From a virus, in IMG/VR virus record IMGVR_UViG_3300045747_000454, positions 1 to 64,000 of that record: a stretch of DNA of 64,000 bases; one strand, given 5' to 3'. The first letter of the stretch is position 1, and each line of letters opens with the position of its first letter. Shown piece by piece: positions 16,035-25,190 of the stretch. Below the pieces are notes generated by a model. It was not told the DNA's origin. It searched no databases and saw only the letters and a list, made by a program, of their open reading frames with translations. Position numbers and translations under genes: made by a program.

Positions 16035-17047
16035 AGAAGCAAGCGTACCTCGGCGACCTCATTCGTGAGCGCGTCGCGCTTGGTCGTCTGGGAAACACCG
16101 GCTTCTACGAGCATCGGTGTCAGCTCTGCAACGACCACTCAGCGCGAGCTGGCTGGCGGCTCGAGCCTGACGAGGTGTTCTACAACTGCTACAACTGTCA
16201 CTTTCACGCCTCATACGAGGAGGGCACTGGCAAGTTCAGTCGGTGGATGAAGGAGGTTCTCGCCGCCAATGGCATCGTCGAGAAGGACGTTCAAGCAATC
16301 ACGTCGACCCTGTTCTTCAACAAGGACACGACCGAGAAGGTGCTGACGCTTGACTCGCTGACGAAGAAGGTCAACCTCCACACGCCAGAGATCGAGTTTC
16401 CGAGCCGTACCTTTCAACTTGGCAGCACCGGCAACGATGGTCATCAGGAGCCCTTGATTGAGTACCTGTTGGGCCGGCACGTTGACCCGTTGAGATTCTA
16501 CTTCAGCCTCGAGCCCGCCCACCTGCGCCGCGTCATCATTCCGTACTGGCGAGATGGCAAGCTGATCTACTGGCAGAGCCGGTCGATCGACCGCGAGGTC
16601 AAGCCACGCTATCGCAACTGCCCGATCGCCAAGGACGCGATCATCTACAACTTCGACCTGCTGAACCAGTACAGCGACGAACCATTGTTCGTGACAGAGG
16701 GCGCGTTCGACGCCGAGACGATCAACGGCATCTGCATTCTCGGCTCGTCGCTGAACGCTGCGAAGATCGAGCTGCTCAAGCGAACTCGTCGGCGCATCAT
16801 CTTCGTCATCGACCGTGACAGCAACGGCAGCGACCTCGGCGAGGACGTGCTGCGTCAGGGTTGGGAGCTGACGTTCGTCGATCCGAACGCCGATGACATC
16901 AACGACAGCGTTTGCAAGTTCGGCCTCATCTACACGATCTACACCCTAATTCGCAATGCGACGACTAAGTCAAAAGGTGTACAATCTAAAATGCAGCTTG
17001 GACTCGGGCTGCTTCAATCAAAACTCAGGAAGAGCCAATGGCACTAG
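16031..17047 (+). CDS. gp61: DNA primase (gp61-like)
   Basis: Zn ribbon CQLC..CYNC; TOPRIM TEGAFDA, DRD; GTGA start. Confidence 0.92.
   Translation: MKKQAYLGDLIRERVALGRLGNTGFYEHRCQLCNDHSARAGWRLEPDEVFYNCYNCHFHASYEEGTGKFSRWMKEVLAANGIVEKDVQAITSTLFFNKDTTEKVLTLDSLTKKVNLHTPEIEFPSRTFQLGSTGNDGHQEPLIEYLLGRHVDPLRFYFSLEPAHLRRVIIPYWRDGKLIYWQSRSIDREVKPRYRNCPIAKDAIIYNFDLLNQYSDEPLFVTEGAFDAETINGICILGSSLNAAKIELLKRTRRRIIFVIDRDSNGSDLGEDVLRQGWELTFVDPNADDINDSVCKFGLIYTIYTLIRNATTKSKGVQSKMQLGLGLLQSKLRKSQWH
16945..16985 (+). promoter_or_regulatory. CCTR-box promoter (helicase)
   Basis: CCTA at 16945; TACAAT at 16980 (offset 35). Confidence 0.6.
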
Positions 17048-18411
17048 AATTTCTCATGGATGCAGATGGGCAACGGTTGTATCTCAACGCGCTGCTCTCG
17101 TCACCGGACCTGTTCGCTCGGGTCAATCCAATTATCAAGCCGGAGTACTTCGATGGCAACATGCAGGGCGCAGTGCGATTTCTTCAATCGTACTATCAAG
17201 AATATCGATCAGTACCAGCGGGTCCTATTTTTCAGGCAGCTACAAAGAGCACACCAGAAATCTTTTCAATACCGCGTGGTGACGTCGACTACCTTGCCGA
17301 ACAGATCGCAGGCTTCTGTGCCGCCTCTGCAATGATCGAGGTCGCCCACAAGGTCCCAGGGCTCATTGAGAAGCAGGACTACGCGGGCATCATCGAGCAG
17401 TTCAAGTCAGCCTCGCTCATCGGGCTGCAGGACGACTTCGGCATCGAGTACTTCGAGAACGTGCTGGCACGGCTCGAGCGCGCTGAGACGACCGAGAAGG
17501 TCATCAGCACCGGGTGGAAGGACGTTGATGCCCTCATCGGCGGTGGCGTTGGACGACAAGAGCTCGTGCTGTTTCTCGCTCCGTCTGGCGGCGGCAAGTC
17601 CGTGAACATGCTGAACCTCGGCATCAATCTCATGGAGCAGGGCCTGAACGGCGTCATCATCTCAATCGAAATGAAGGACAGCAAATACGCCCTTCGTGCC
17701 GACCAGATGATCGCTCGCATTGCGTCACGCGACATTCTGCCGTGCAAGACGCAGGTCGCGAATGACATCGAAGCCTTCGGCACTCGCACCGGCGCCCGCC
17801 TCTTCATCAAGCGCATGCGAGAGGGCGTGACCAACGCCAACCACGTGCTCGCCTATCTGCGCGAGCTCGAAGCTCGCAAGGGCTTTCGGCCAGACTGGGT
17901 TGTCGTCGACTACCTCGACATCATGCAAGCCGCTCGCAAGACCGACTCGTCCAACATGTTCCTCAAGGATCAGATGGTGTCAGAAGAGGTGCGCGGCATT
18001 GGCTTCGACTACGACGCTATCATGATCAGCGGATCACAGCTCGGCAAGCACGCCACCGAGAAGATCAACGCTGGCGAGAAGACGCACCAAGGCGACGTGC
18101 AGGGTGGCTCGTCCAAGACGAACACGGCCGACCTGATGATCTCAACGGTGAAGACCGACGCGATGCACGAGGCTGGCGAGTACCGCTTCGAGTTCCCGAA
18201 GGCTCGAAACTCCGATGCCTCATCGAAGACGTGCATGATGCGCTGGAACAAGGAGACGCTGCGCGTCACCGACATGTCCGAGCCAGAGCTGAAGTTCAAG
18301 AAGAAGACATCGCTCACCATGGGCGACGCACCAAAGGCTGGCGTGCAGAAGATGACGCTCGCCGACCTAACCCGAACCCACGAAAAGATGCCGCCGACGG
18401 CGTATAAATAG
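17038..18411 (+). CDS. gp41: replicative DnaB-type helicase (gp41-like)
   Basis: STGW..D; Walker A APSGGGKS; Walker B VVDYLD; SQL; KARN. Confidence 0.95.
   Translation: MALEFLMDADGQRLYLNALLSSPDLFARVNPIIKPEYFDGNMQGAVRFLQSYYQEYRSVPAGPIFQAATKSTPEIFSIPRGDVDYLAEQIAGFCAASAMIEVAHKVPGLIEKQDYAGIIEQFKSASLIGLQDDFGIEYFENVLARLERAETTEKVISTGWKDVDALIGGGVGRQELVLFLAPSGGGKSVNMLNLGINLMEQGLNGVIISIEMKDSKYALRADQMIARIASRDILPCKTQVANDIEAFGTRTGARLFIKRMREGVTNANHVLAYLRELEARKGFRPDWVVVDYLDIMQAARKTDSSNMFLKDQMVSEEVRGIGFDYDAIMISGSQLGKHATEKINAGEKTHQGDVQGGSSKTNTADLMISTVKTDAMHEAGEYRFEFPKARNSDASSKTCMMRWNKETLRVTDMSEPELKFKKKTSLTMGDAPKAGVQKMTLADLTRTHEKMPPTAYK
18403..18410 (+). promoter_or_regulatory. T4-type late promoter TATAAATA
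   Basis: Exact T4 gp55 consensus upstream of the gene at 18445. Confidence 0.85.
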
Positions 18412-18444
18412 CAACGTTACCAACCCACAAACGGAGTGTCATCC

Positions 18445-18729
18445 ATGACCGAACAAACCAAGACCATCACCCTCGACGGCGTCAGCTACAACGTGGCCGA
18501 CTTCAGCCAAGGCATTCAATCCGCCATCGTGATCTACAACAGCTTCCAAGCTGACCTGCAGAAGGAACAGCTCGCCGCCATGAAGACGCAAGCCGCGCTT
18601 CAGTCCGTCGGCAATCAGATCGCCGAAGCGGTCAAGAAGGAGCTGGCCGACAAGGCTGCCGTTGACGCCTCAGTCGATGACGCCGTTGACGCGTCAGTCG
18701 CTGCTGTCGAAGCTATGAACGACGAGTAA
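18445..18729 (+). CDS. small late coiled-coil protein
   Basis: Perfect TATAAATA at 18403-18410, SD GGAG, own terminator; ITLDGVSY motif. Confidence 0.8.
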   Translation: MTEQTKTITLDGVSYNVADFSQGIQSAIVIYNSFQADLQKEQLAAMKTQAALQSVGNQIAEAVKKELADKAAVDASVDDAVDASVAAVEAMNDE

Positions 18730-18750
18730 GTCGCTCGAAGCTCACAAGTG

Positions 18751-18783
18751 AAGGACAAGGAGGTTCTGCCTCCTTGTCCTTTT
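18751..18783 (+). terminator. Rho-independent terminator
   Basis: AAGGACAAGGAGG-ttctg-CCTCCTTGTCCTT followed by TT. Confidence 0.85.
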
Positions 18784-18820
18784 GGGCATAAATAAGCTTC
18801 ACAAAGCTTAGCGATTCTAC

Positions 18821-21151
18821 ATGGCAGCAGACTACAAGCATCTTGAGGACCTTGATCCGAAGTCGTTCATCGATACGGTTCGTCGATTGGGGCAGCTACA
18901 AGTTTCGGAGAAGCTTGACGGCTCAGTCTTCTGGTTTGGTCTCGACGAAGCCGGCAACTTCTACACCAGTCGCCCGAACGCTCACGCTGAGCGCTTTCAC
19001 AGCGAAGCCGACTACCCGAACGTGCTGTCAAACAACTCGCTGCGCTCGGCTCACGCTGCACTTGAGGTGAAGCTTGGTGTCATCAAGGCTGCCCTACTGC
19101 CAGGCGATGCCATCGTGGCTGAAGCCATCTTCGGCAAGCAGGAGAAGACTGCTGTGTACGGTGCCGATGGCATTCACTACATCGCCATTCTCGACAGCGC
19201 TGAAGGAACGAATGAGCTCAAGGTCTCCAAGATCATCGCCGATTTTGCCAACACCGAGGTTGAAGCTCGCTCAATGACGGTCGAGTCGTCAGACGGAACG
19301 AACATCGACCGCAAGCTTGAGATGCACAAGTTTCGCTTCGTCACTGAGCCGCCGATTCACTCGTCAAAGCTCAAGGGCGTCAACGTCAACAGCGCTCTGA
19401 AGAAGCTTGAGCTGTGGCTTGACAACGTCTCAGGCGTCGATCGTCTGACAAACCTTGATCTGCTCACTGCAGACATGTCGTCAATCCCAGCCGAGCAGCG
19501 CGACGCAGCAAAGTCTGAGCGCAAGCGCGTGACAGCAGAGCTCAAGTCGAAGTTTCAACTGCCGATCAAGCGCGAGTTGCTCAGTGGTCTCGTCTCCAAG
19601 CTGAAGCCAACGCACGGTCCAACCAATCCCTTTCCGAATGAGGACAACGGCGTTGCTGGCGTCAACATCAAGGACCCAACGACTGGCGGGACCTACAAGC
19701 TCGTTGACACTGACGGCTTTGGCACCATCAAGGCGTTCAACAACGCTGTGATCGACACGATCTCTGGTTCTGTTCGCACTACCGATGATGAAGCCCCGCT
19801 CGAACAGCGCGGTGGCGTTGTTGGTCTGCTGCGCATTCAGATTGCCAAGCTTCTCGGCAATCAAGACCTTGCCATCAATCGCGAAGCTCGCAAGATCTTC
19901 GCTGGCGCCAAGGGTTCGCACGCCACTGAGACGCTGCGCAGCGTTGCAGCTACACTGCGTGCTGATGACTACCTCGGCACGCAGCGCAAGATCGAAGCGC
20001 TTGGGCAGCACGCGCTCGTCGAGCTTGACGCGCTGCTGACAAATTTCAAGAAGCATCAGCGCAAGTACACGCTGAAGCTGAAGACCGGACGCACTATTGG
20101 TCTGAGCCCAGAGGTCATCAAGCGCACCTATGGTGCCTTCGCTGAAGCGAAGAGCGAGGTGGCAGAGCTCATCGTTAACGTTAACAAGGCCGACAGCCTC
20201 ATCAAGCTTGTTGGCGTGCTGTATGGCAAGGATGCTGTGGCAGCGCACGCCACCAAGAACACTGAGCTGCACGAGGGTCTGCTGTCTGAGCGGCGCGTGC
20301 AAGTTGACATCTCTCACACGATTGAAGTCCCAGACTTCTGGACGCTGATGAACGTCTACTTCGCTACTGTGCTGGCGTCAGTTGTTATCTACAAGGCGCA
20401 GGACAACAATGGGGTGCTGCGCTTTGTTCGAGACCAAGCTCACCATCGTTTGAACCGACTCGAGCCGGGCATGAGCGCGCTGAACTACTGGGGCTACCTC
20501 GTTTGGAAGTCGAACACACCACGTGCGGTGCAAATCCTCGGCAAGAAGCTCGCCGCCGAAATGTCGCGTATCGCTCGCAAGGTCCCAGAGCAGCACGTTC
20601 GCTTTCTACACATGGAGCTGTCGTTCGGCAAGATGCTGAAGATCAACTGGGACGACCATCTGGCGACCATGATCTTCCTTCAGAAGCGCACTCCGTCGTT
20701 GAATACCGAGCGCATAAATAACCTCATCGAGGATGCGTTTCGCTACGACACCATGACGTTCGATGAGAAGGTCAAGTTTCTGCCGCGCATCTACTTCTAC
20801 GTTCAGCAGTTCGTCCCGATGTCGCCGCTTCAACCAAGACTGCGCATCATTCAGGACACGCTGCTTCAATTCGGAGACACGGCAAACACGCCGACCACTA
20901 TCGTAATGGCACCAAATCAAAAGCTACTCGGCGAGGATGGAGAGATTGCCGCAGGACCAGACTCAGGCCCAGCCGCGACGCCAACGACTGGGGCGACCAG
21001 CACGAACTCTGGCAGCATCTCAAACGTTCAAGGACGTGCCGGCAGGCACCCAAACATCGAGAAGCGAACACGCAAGGGTAAGCCACTCGGAAGAGACGGA
21101 CAGCCGCTTGGCGTGATGTTCCGTCGCCCACCACCAGGAGGAGTGAAATGA
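18821..21151 (+). CDS. late protein with N-terminal ligase-like (KxDG) nucleotidyltransferase fold; probable head-internal protein
   Basis: HLEDL..SEKLDG motif I; AEAIF motif III; AGVNIK motif IV; YKLVD motif V; late promoter CATAAATA at 18787-18794. Confidence 0.6.
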   Translation: MAADYKHLEDLDPKSFIDTVRRLGQLQVSEKLDGSVFWFGLDEAGNFYTSRPNAHAERFHSEADYPNVLSNNSLRSAHAALEVKLGVIKAALLPGDAIVAEAIFGKQEKTAVYGADGIHYIAILDSAEGTNELKVSKIIADFANTEVEARSMTVESSDGTNIDRKLEMHKFRFVTEPPIHSSKLKGVNVNSALKKLELWLDNVSGVDRLTNLDLLTADMSSIPAEQRDAAKSERKRVTAELKSKFQLPIKRELLSGLVSKLKPTHGPTNPFPNEDNGVAGVNIKDPTTGGTYKLVDTDGFGTIKAFNNAVIDTISGSVRTTDDEAPLEQRGGVVGLLRIQIAKLLGNQDLAINREARKIFAGAKGSHATETLRSVAATLRADDYLGTQRKIEALGQHALVELDALLTNFKKHQRKYTLKLKTGRTIGLSPEVIKRTYGAFAEAKSEVAELIVNVNKADSLIKLVGVLYGKDAVAAHATKNTELHEGLLSERRVQVDISHTIEVPDFWTLMNVYFATVLASVVIYKAQDNNGVLRFVRDQAHHRLNRLEPGMSALNYWGYLVWKSNTPRAVQILGKKLAAEMSRIARKVPEQHVRFLHMELSFGKMLKINWDDHLATMIFLQKRTPSLNTERINNLIEDAFRYDTMTFDEKVKFLPRIYFYVQQFVPMSPLQPRLRIIQDTLLQFGDTANTPTTIVMAPNQKLLGEDGEIAAGPDSGPAATPTTGATSTNSGSISNVQGRAGRHPNIEKRTRKGKPLGRDGQPLGVMFRRPPPGGVK

Positions 21152-21936
21152 TGTCACTACTGAAAGAGGTATCTGGCATCCCAGTGTACTCTCAACCAAA
21201 GGCCACAACTGGCACGCAAGATCTGAGTCAGAAGACCGATGCGTCTGACATTGGCTTCTCGACGATGCGCAACACAATCAACACCGACGGCAACATCAGC
21301 GGCTCTGATGTGGCATCGTATCTCGATCGTGCGGCTGAGCTGAACGACGAGGTCGACACGGTTCCATTCGGCCTTGAGACGAGCGACAATGAGATCGTCA
21401 AGGTCTACGTCAACGCTGAGCAAGCCGACGCCTTTGAAGACAAGATGAAGCAGCTGCTCGGCGCCGAGAAGGACATTGAAGAAGCGCTCAATGAGCTGGC
21501 AATGGACTTCGACATCGTTGATGTCGTGTGGCCAGAGGACAAGACCGAAGCCGCAGAGAACGAGGCGCCGATTGGCGACCCAAGCCACGACGACTTTGAT
21601 GACCTTGACAACGACGGCGAGATGGACACCATCGCCGAGTACGATGACCTGACCGAAAGCCTGGACCCAGACGCCGTCGTGTCGACTGAAGCAACCGAAG
21701 CCGAGCGGGCCACGTGGTCGCGCCTTGAGGCCGTCGTTGGTCAGCTTCACGCGCTTGGCACGGGTGGCGTTCGCGTCGTGACTGGATTGACTGAGGGCAA
21801 GTTCACCAAGACTGAGCTCATTCGAAAGTACATTGCTGAGAAGTACGCAGCCGACTGCGCAACTGCCATAAGCGTGTTGAAGCGTGCGGGTGTATCCCGT
21901 GAAGACTATCCATACTGGCTTGCTGAGCAAGCCTAA
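21148..21936 (+). CDS. acidic probable prohead core/internal protein
   Basis: MMSLLKE leader; LTE sites; very acidic. Confidence 0.6.
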   Translation: MMSLLKEVSGIPVYSQPKATTGTQDLSQKTDASDIGFSTMRNTINTDGNISGSDVASYLDRAAELNDEVDTVPFGLETSDNEIVKVYVNAEQADAFEDKMKQLLGAEKDIEEALNELAMDFDIVDVVWPEDKTEAAENEAPIGDPSHDDFDDLDNDGEMDTIAEYDDLTESLDPDAVVSTEATEAERATWSRLEAVVGQLHALGTGGVRVVTGLTEGKFTKTELIRKYIAEKYAADCATAISVLKRAGVSREDYPYWLAEQA

Positions 21937-21950
21937 CTGAAGGAGACACC

Positions 21951-22787
21951 ATGTCACTTGGACAACAATTCCTGGCTCGCCTCAACGAAGCCAAGGCCCC
22001 AGCCCCGGTCAAGAAGAAGGCATTCACCTTCGACCCAGCTGTCGAGACGATGAAGCGCGGTATGCGCGACATCGGCGGTGAGAGCGATCTCGCCGACAAG
22101 ATTGCTGAGGTCATGTCGCTGTGCGGCATTCCTGGCATCTATCTGAACAAGCAGGACATCAAGGTCAGCGTGGTCGAGGCGGCTCAACAGCTGCGCACCA
22201 AGTCGGCTCGTGTTCGCTCGTTCTTGTCGCTGCACTCTGCGCTCTGTGCTTTCTATGGTGTCGAGGCTCTGGTGAAGGAAGCCAAGGCCGAGGTCGCTGA
22301 GTTCAGCGACGAAGAGCTCGAAGGCAGTCAGTTTCAGAAGATGGTCGAGGAAATCCTCGTGCTGCTCGGCGCTCCACGCGAGCTCGTGACTGGCGAAGCC
22401 AAGGCTCCCGTCAAGTCAAGCATGAAGCGCGCCATTGCCAAGCTTCGTCAAGATGAGAACGTTCGTATGGCAGTGCTCACGCTGGCTCGCTACGCTGGCA
22501 TCAAGATGAACGACGGCGTTGCTGGTGAGAAGAAGGTCGGCGGTCCGAAGAAGGTCGCGATGGAAGATGTTGCCGCACCGGCTGCTGCCCCAGCCGCTCC
22601 AAACATGTCCAACCTCTGGTTGTCTGCTGACAGCATCTTCAAGCATCTCGGTCTGAACCTGCAAGACGAAAAGCTGGTCCGCGTCGTCAACATGCCAGGT
22701 CTGATTCGCGCTGTCAAGGCCGCTTCGCGCAATCCGCAGACGAAGGCCGCAATGATCGCGTTTCTGAACAAGACCAAGGCTGAGTGA
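21951..22787 (+). CDS. probable prohead core/internal protein
   Basis: SD AAGGAG; LNE|A site near the N-terminus; repeated helical units. Confidence 0.6.
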   Translation: MSLGQQFLARLNEAKAPAPVKKKAFTFDPAVETMKRGMRDIGGESDLADKIAEVMSLCGIPGIYLNKQDIKVSVVEAAQQLRTKSARVRSFLSLHSALCAFYGVEALVKEAKAEVAEFSDEELEGSQFQKMVEEILVLLGAPRELVTGEAKAPVKSSMKRAIAKLRQDENVRMAVLTLARYAGIKMNDGVAGEKKVGGPKKVAMEDVAAPAAAPAAPNMSNLWLSADSIFKHLGLNLQDEKLVRVVNMPGLIRAVKAASRNPQTKAAMIAFLNKTKAE

Positions 22788-23476
22788 TGTCGCTGCTGCT
22801 TGAGGTTGCTAAGGTCGCTGAAGACGAACCGCTCACTCCAACGGGTGGGTGGAGCGTTGGCGACCTCGCGAACCTCGGCATGATGCTGTCGAGCGATGAC
22901 TTTTCGTTTCGCCTCGACTCGCACAATCTTAACGTTCTCTTCGACCTTGCTGAGAATGCTGAGGACGGTGAGGTTCGTACGACGAAGGGCGACATTCTCG
23001 AGGTGTCGACCCGCGAGAACGACATCGTCATTCGTCTTCAGGACGACGACACGTTTCCGAATGGGTTGCTGATCCCATTGAAGACGCTGAAGGATATGGG
23101 CATCGATCAGTATGAGGAAGATGATGGCGAATCAGTCGAGCAACCTGCTTCTGAGTTCGAGGACCTCAATGCCGATGATACTATAGTCGCTGAGGACTAT
23201 GTCAATCTTGACGAAGGTATCAAGAAAGCCTTTCGTCGCAGCGGTAGCAAGATCAAGCGTGGCTTTCGAGTCACGAGCGGGTTCCGTAAGGGACGCGTTG
23301 TTGCATCGGCTAAGGCTGCCTTTCGACCACGCGCTAAGGCTTCAACTCGCATGAAGCTGAAGATTGCTGGACGCAAGAAGAAGATCATTCGAATCATGAA
23401 GGGCAAGCGGACCCGCCGCCGCCCAATGTCTAAGCGACTCGTTCGCATGAACAAAACTCTCAGCCACCGCAAATGA
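22784..23476 (+). CDS. prohead core protein (gp68-like architecture: acidic N-terminus, Arg/Lys-rich C-terminus)
   Basis: Sharp charge switch at LDE|G; C-terminal ~85 aa extremely basic. Confidence 0.6.
   Translation: MMSLLLEVAKVAEDEPLTPTGGWSVGDLANLGMMLSSDDFSFRLDSHNLNVLFDLAENAEDGEVRTTKGDILEVSTRENDIVIRLQDDDTFPNGLLIPLKTLKDMGIDQYEEDDGESVEQPASEFEDLNADDTIVAEDYVNLDEGIKKAFRRSGSKIKRGFRVTSGFRKGRVVASAKAAFRPRAKASTRMKLKIAGRKKKIIRIMKGKRTRRRPMSKRLVRMNKTLSHRK
23144..23184 (+). promoter_or_regulatory. CCTR-box promoter (exonuclease)
   Basis: CCTG at 23144; TACTAT at 23179 (offset 35). Confidence 0.55.
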
Positions 23477-24153
23477 CCACCTTCACCTACCCCGAGCTAA
23501 CGACATCAAACGAACTCGGGTACAGGTGGTATCACACGAAGGGCGGCGCCTACCCGAGCATCACGACGGTGCTGGGCGCAACCAAGTCGCCTGAAGCTGC
23601 GGCTGCGCTGGAGAACTGGCGCAACTCAATGGGACACGAGGCGGCTGACGCCTTCTCCAAGGCTGCGACAGATCACGGCACGATGGTTCACTTGCTCGCA
23701 GAGCGTGGCTTCAATGGCGAGGATCCCTACGCCCCAGTGAACGGTGAGCCGGTGCCACAGAAGGCGATTGGCGCCTATCGTGCGCTGTCAACCAAGCTGA
23801 AGAAGGTTACTGCCGTCTACGGACAGGAGATGTCGCTCTACTCGACAGCGCTTGAGGTTGCTGGGCGCTGCGACCTGGCTGGCGAGTACAAGAGCGCTCC
23901 AGCCATCATCGACTTCAAGACGTCTGGGCGTGTCAAGGGCTACGAGAACATCGAGGACTATCCTCTTCAGCTCGCCTTCTACGCCATCGCGCACAACGAG
24001 CTGTTCGGCACCAACATCAACCGTGGCATCATTCTGATGACGGTTGGCGAGGGCTTCCCGATGGAGTTCAGCTACAACCTTGACGAGTACTACGAGCCGC
24101 TCGCAAAGCGCGTAGAACAGTTCTACCAGATGTTGATAAATAGAACCTACTGA
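23473..24153 (+). CDS. PD-(D/E)XK exonuclease (Cas4-like fold)
   Basis: YPSITTVL, GTMVH, E..AGRCD..IIDFKTS, QLAFY. Confidence 0.9.
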   Translation: MTTFTYPELTTSNELGYRWYHTKGGAYPSITTVLGATKSPEAAAALENWRNSMGHEAADAFSKAATDHGTMVHLLAERGFNGEDPYAPVNGEPVPQKAIGAYRALSTKLKKVTAVYGQEMSLYSTALEVAGRCDLAGEYKSAPAIIDFKTSGRVKGYENIEDYPLQLAFYAIAHNELFGTNINRGIILMTVGEGFPMEFSYNLDEYYEPLAKRVEQFYQMLINRTY

Positions 24154-24171
24154 CAACAGTCGAGGTCATTC

Positions 24172-24633
24172 ATGGCAGATGTAAACGAATTTCAATTGGG
24201 GCTTGACACGAGCGCGCTTGCTAGCACGTCCGCACAGTCCGCACAGTCCGCACAGGTCTACTCAGGTGGCAACTCAGTCGTGGTCGGCGACCCAGTTGAC
24301 TATCCGCCGCCAGCCACTGAGGTGCCGAAGCGCACCATCAGCGTGTACGCCAACTCCATCAACGCCGTGTCGTACGACGTCAGCGGTGAGGTGGCGTGCT
24401 TTGACATCGTGTTCTCCGTCGGCATCATGGATTCAGACGGTTCGGCGTGCAAGACCTATCAAGTCGTCAAGCGCATCGGCATCGACAAGGAAAAGATTGC
24501 TGGTGAGGTCAAGGACTCCTCACCGGTCACGGTCGTCGAGGCATCAAAGCCTGAGCCGAAGAAGGTTATCAACGAGGGACGTTCGAAGCCATCAGAGCTC
24601 GAGCGCTTCCGCCGCATTGCAGGACTGGGGTAA
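24172..24633 (+). CDS. late hypothetical, probable head protein
   Basis: Late promoter GATAAATA at 24135-24142; INE|G site; C-terminal ERFRRIAGL. Confidence 0.7.
   Translation: MADVNEFQLGLDTSALASTSAQSAQSAQVYSGGNSVVVGDPVDYPPPATEVPKRTISVYANSINAVSYDVSGEVACFDIVFSVGIMDSDGSACKTYQVVKRIGIDKEKIAGEVKDSSPVTVVEASKPEPKKVINEGRSKPSELERFRRIAGLG
24229..24255 (+). repeat. in-frame tandem repeat (TCCGCACAG)x3
   Basis: Exact 9-bp units encoding SAQ x3. Confidence 0.9.
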
Positions 24634-24636
24634 GCC

Positions 24637-25185
24637 ATGGGAAAGATTGTTGTTCTCGCATCCAATGAGGATGCTGAAGCCGTGAAGACGGCGCTCGACG
24701 GAGCCGGCGTCGACTACGAGGTCGTTGAGCCGACGCCGTCGAACATCCTTCACATCGTCATCGGTATGGTCGACGACGGTGAAGAGGAGCCAACTGATGA
24801 GGAACCGAAGGCCGAAGAGCCGAAGGAACCGAAGGCGCCAAAGGAGAAGAAGGAGCCACGCACCGATGACGCTGCGCCACCGCCTGAAGAGGAAGAGCTG
24901 CCAGTCGAGGAATCGCTTGGCACGGTCACCGTCGAAGGCGAGGTAATTCCGGCGATTCGTGGCACCGCCGACACCAGCGTGCTCTACGTTCACTTCGAAG
25001 AGCTAGGTCCGCGCACGACCTACAAGCTGAACGAAAGCGTCTGCAGCTTCTGGCCAAACGATCTCACGACGCCAATGTCCCGCATGTTGATCACCACCGA
25101 GCGTGGTGGGTCGATGTTTGAAGTGCTGGTGCGAGAAGGCGAAACGCGTCTCGTCGTCGGCAAGGATCTGGCTGCACTCTTCTGA
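24637..25185 (+). CDS. hypothetical, probable head protein
   Basis: E/P/K-rich linker; VEE|S and LNE|S sites. Confidence 0.7.
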   Translation: MGKIVVLASNEDAEAVKTALDGAGVDYEVVEPTPSNILHIVIGMVDDGEEEPTDEEPKAEEPKEPKAPKEKKEPRTDDAAPPPEEEELPVEESLGTVTVEGEVIPAIRGTADTSVLYVHFEELGPRTTYKLNESVCSFWPNDLTTPMSRMLITTERGGSMFEVLVREGETRLVVGKDLAALF

Positions 25186-25190
25186 ACCAA

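Noticed and set aside
23473-24153. Cas4-like nuclease as a sign of CRISPR-Cas
   Set aside because: No repeat-spacer array or other cas genes and no Fe-S Cys cluster; stand-alone PD-(D/E)XK exonucleases are common in T4-like phages.
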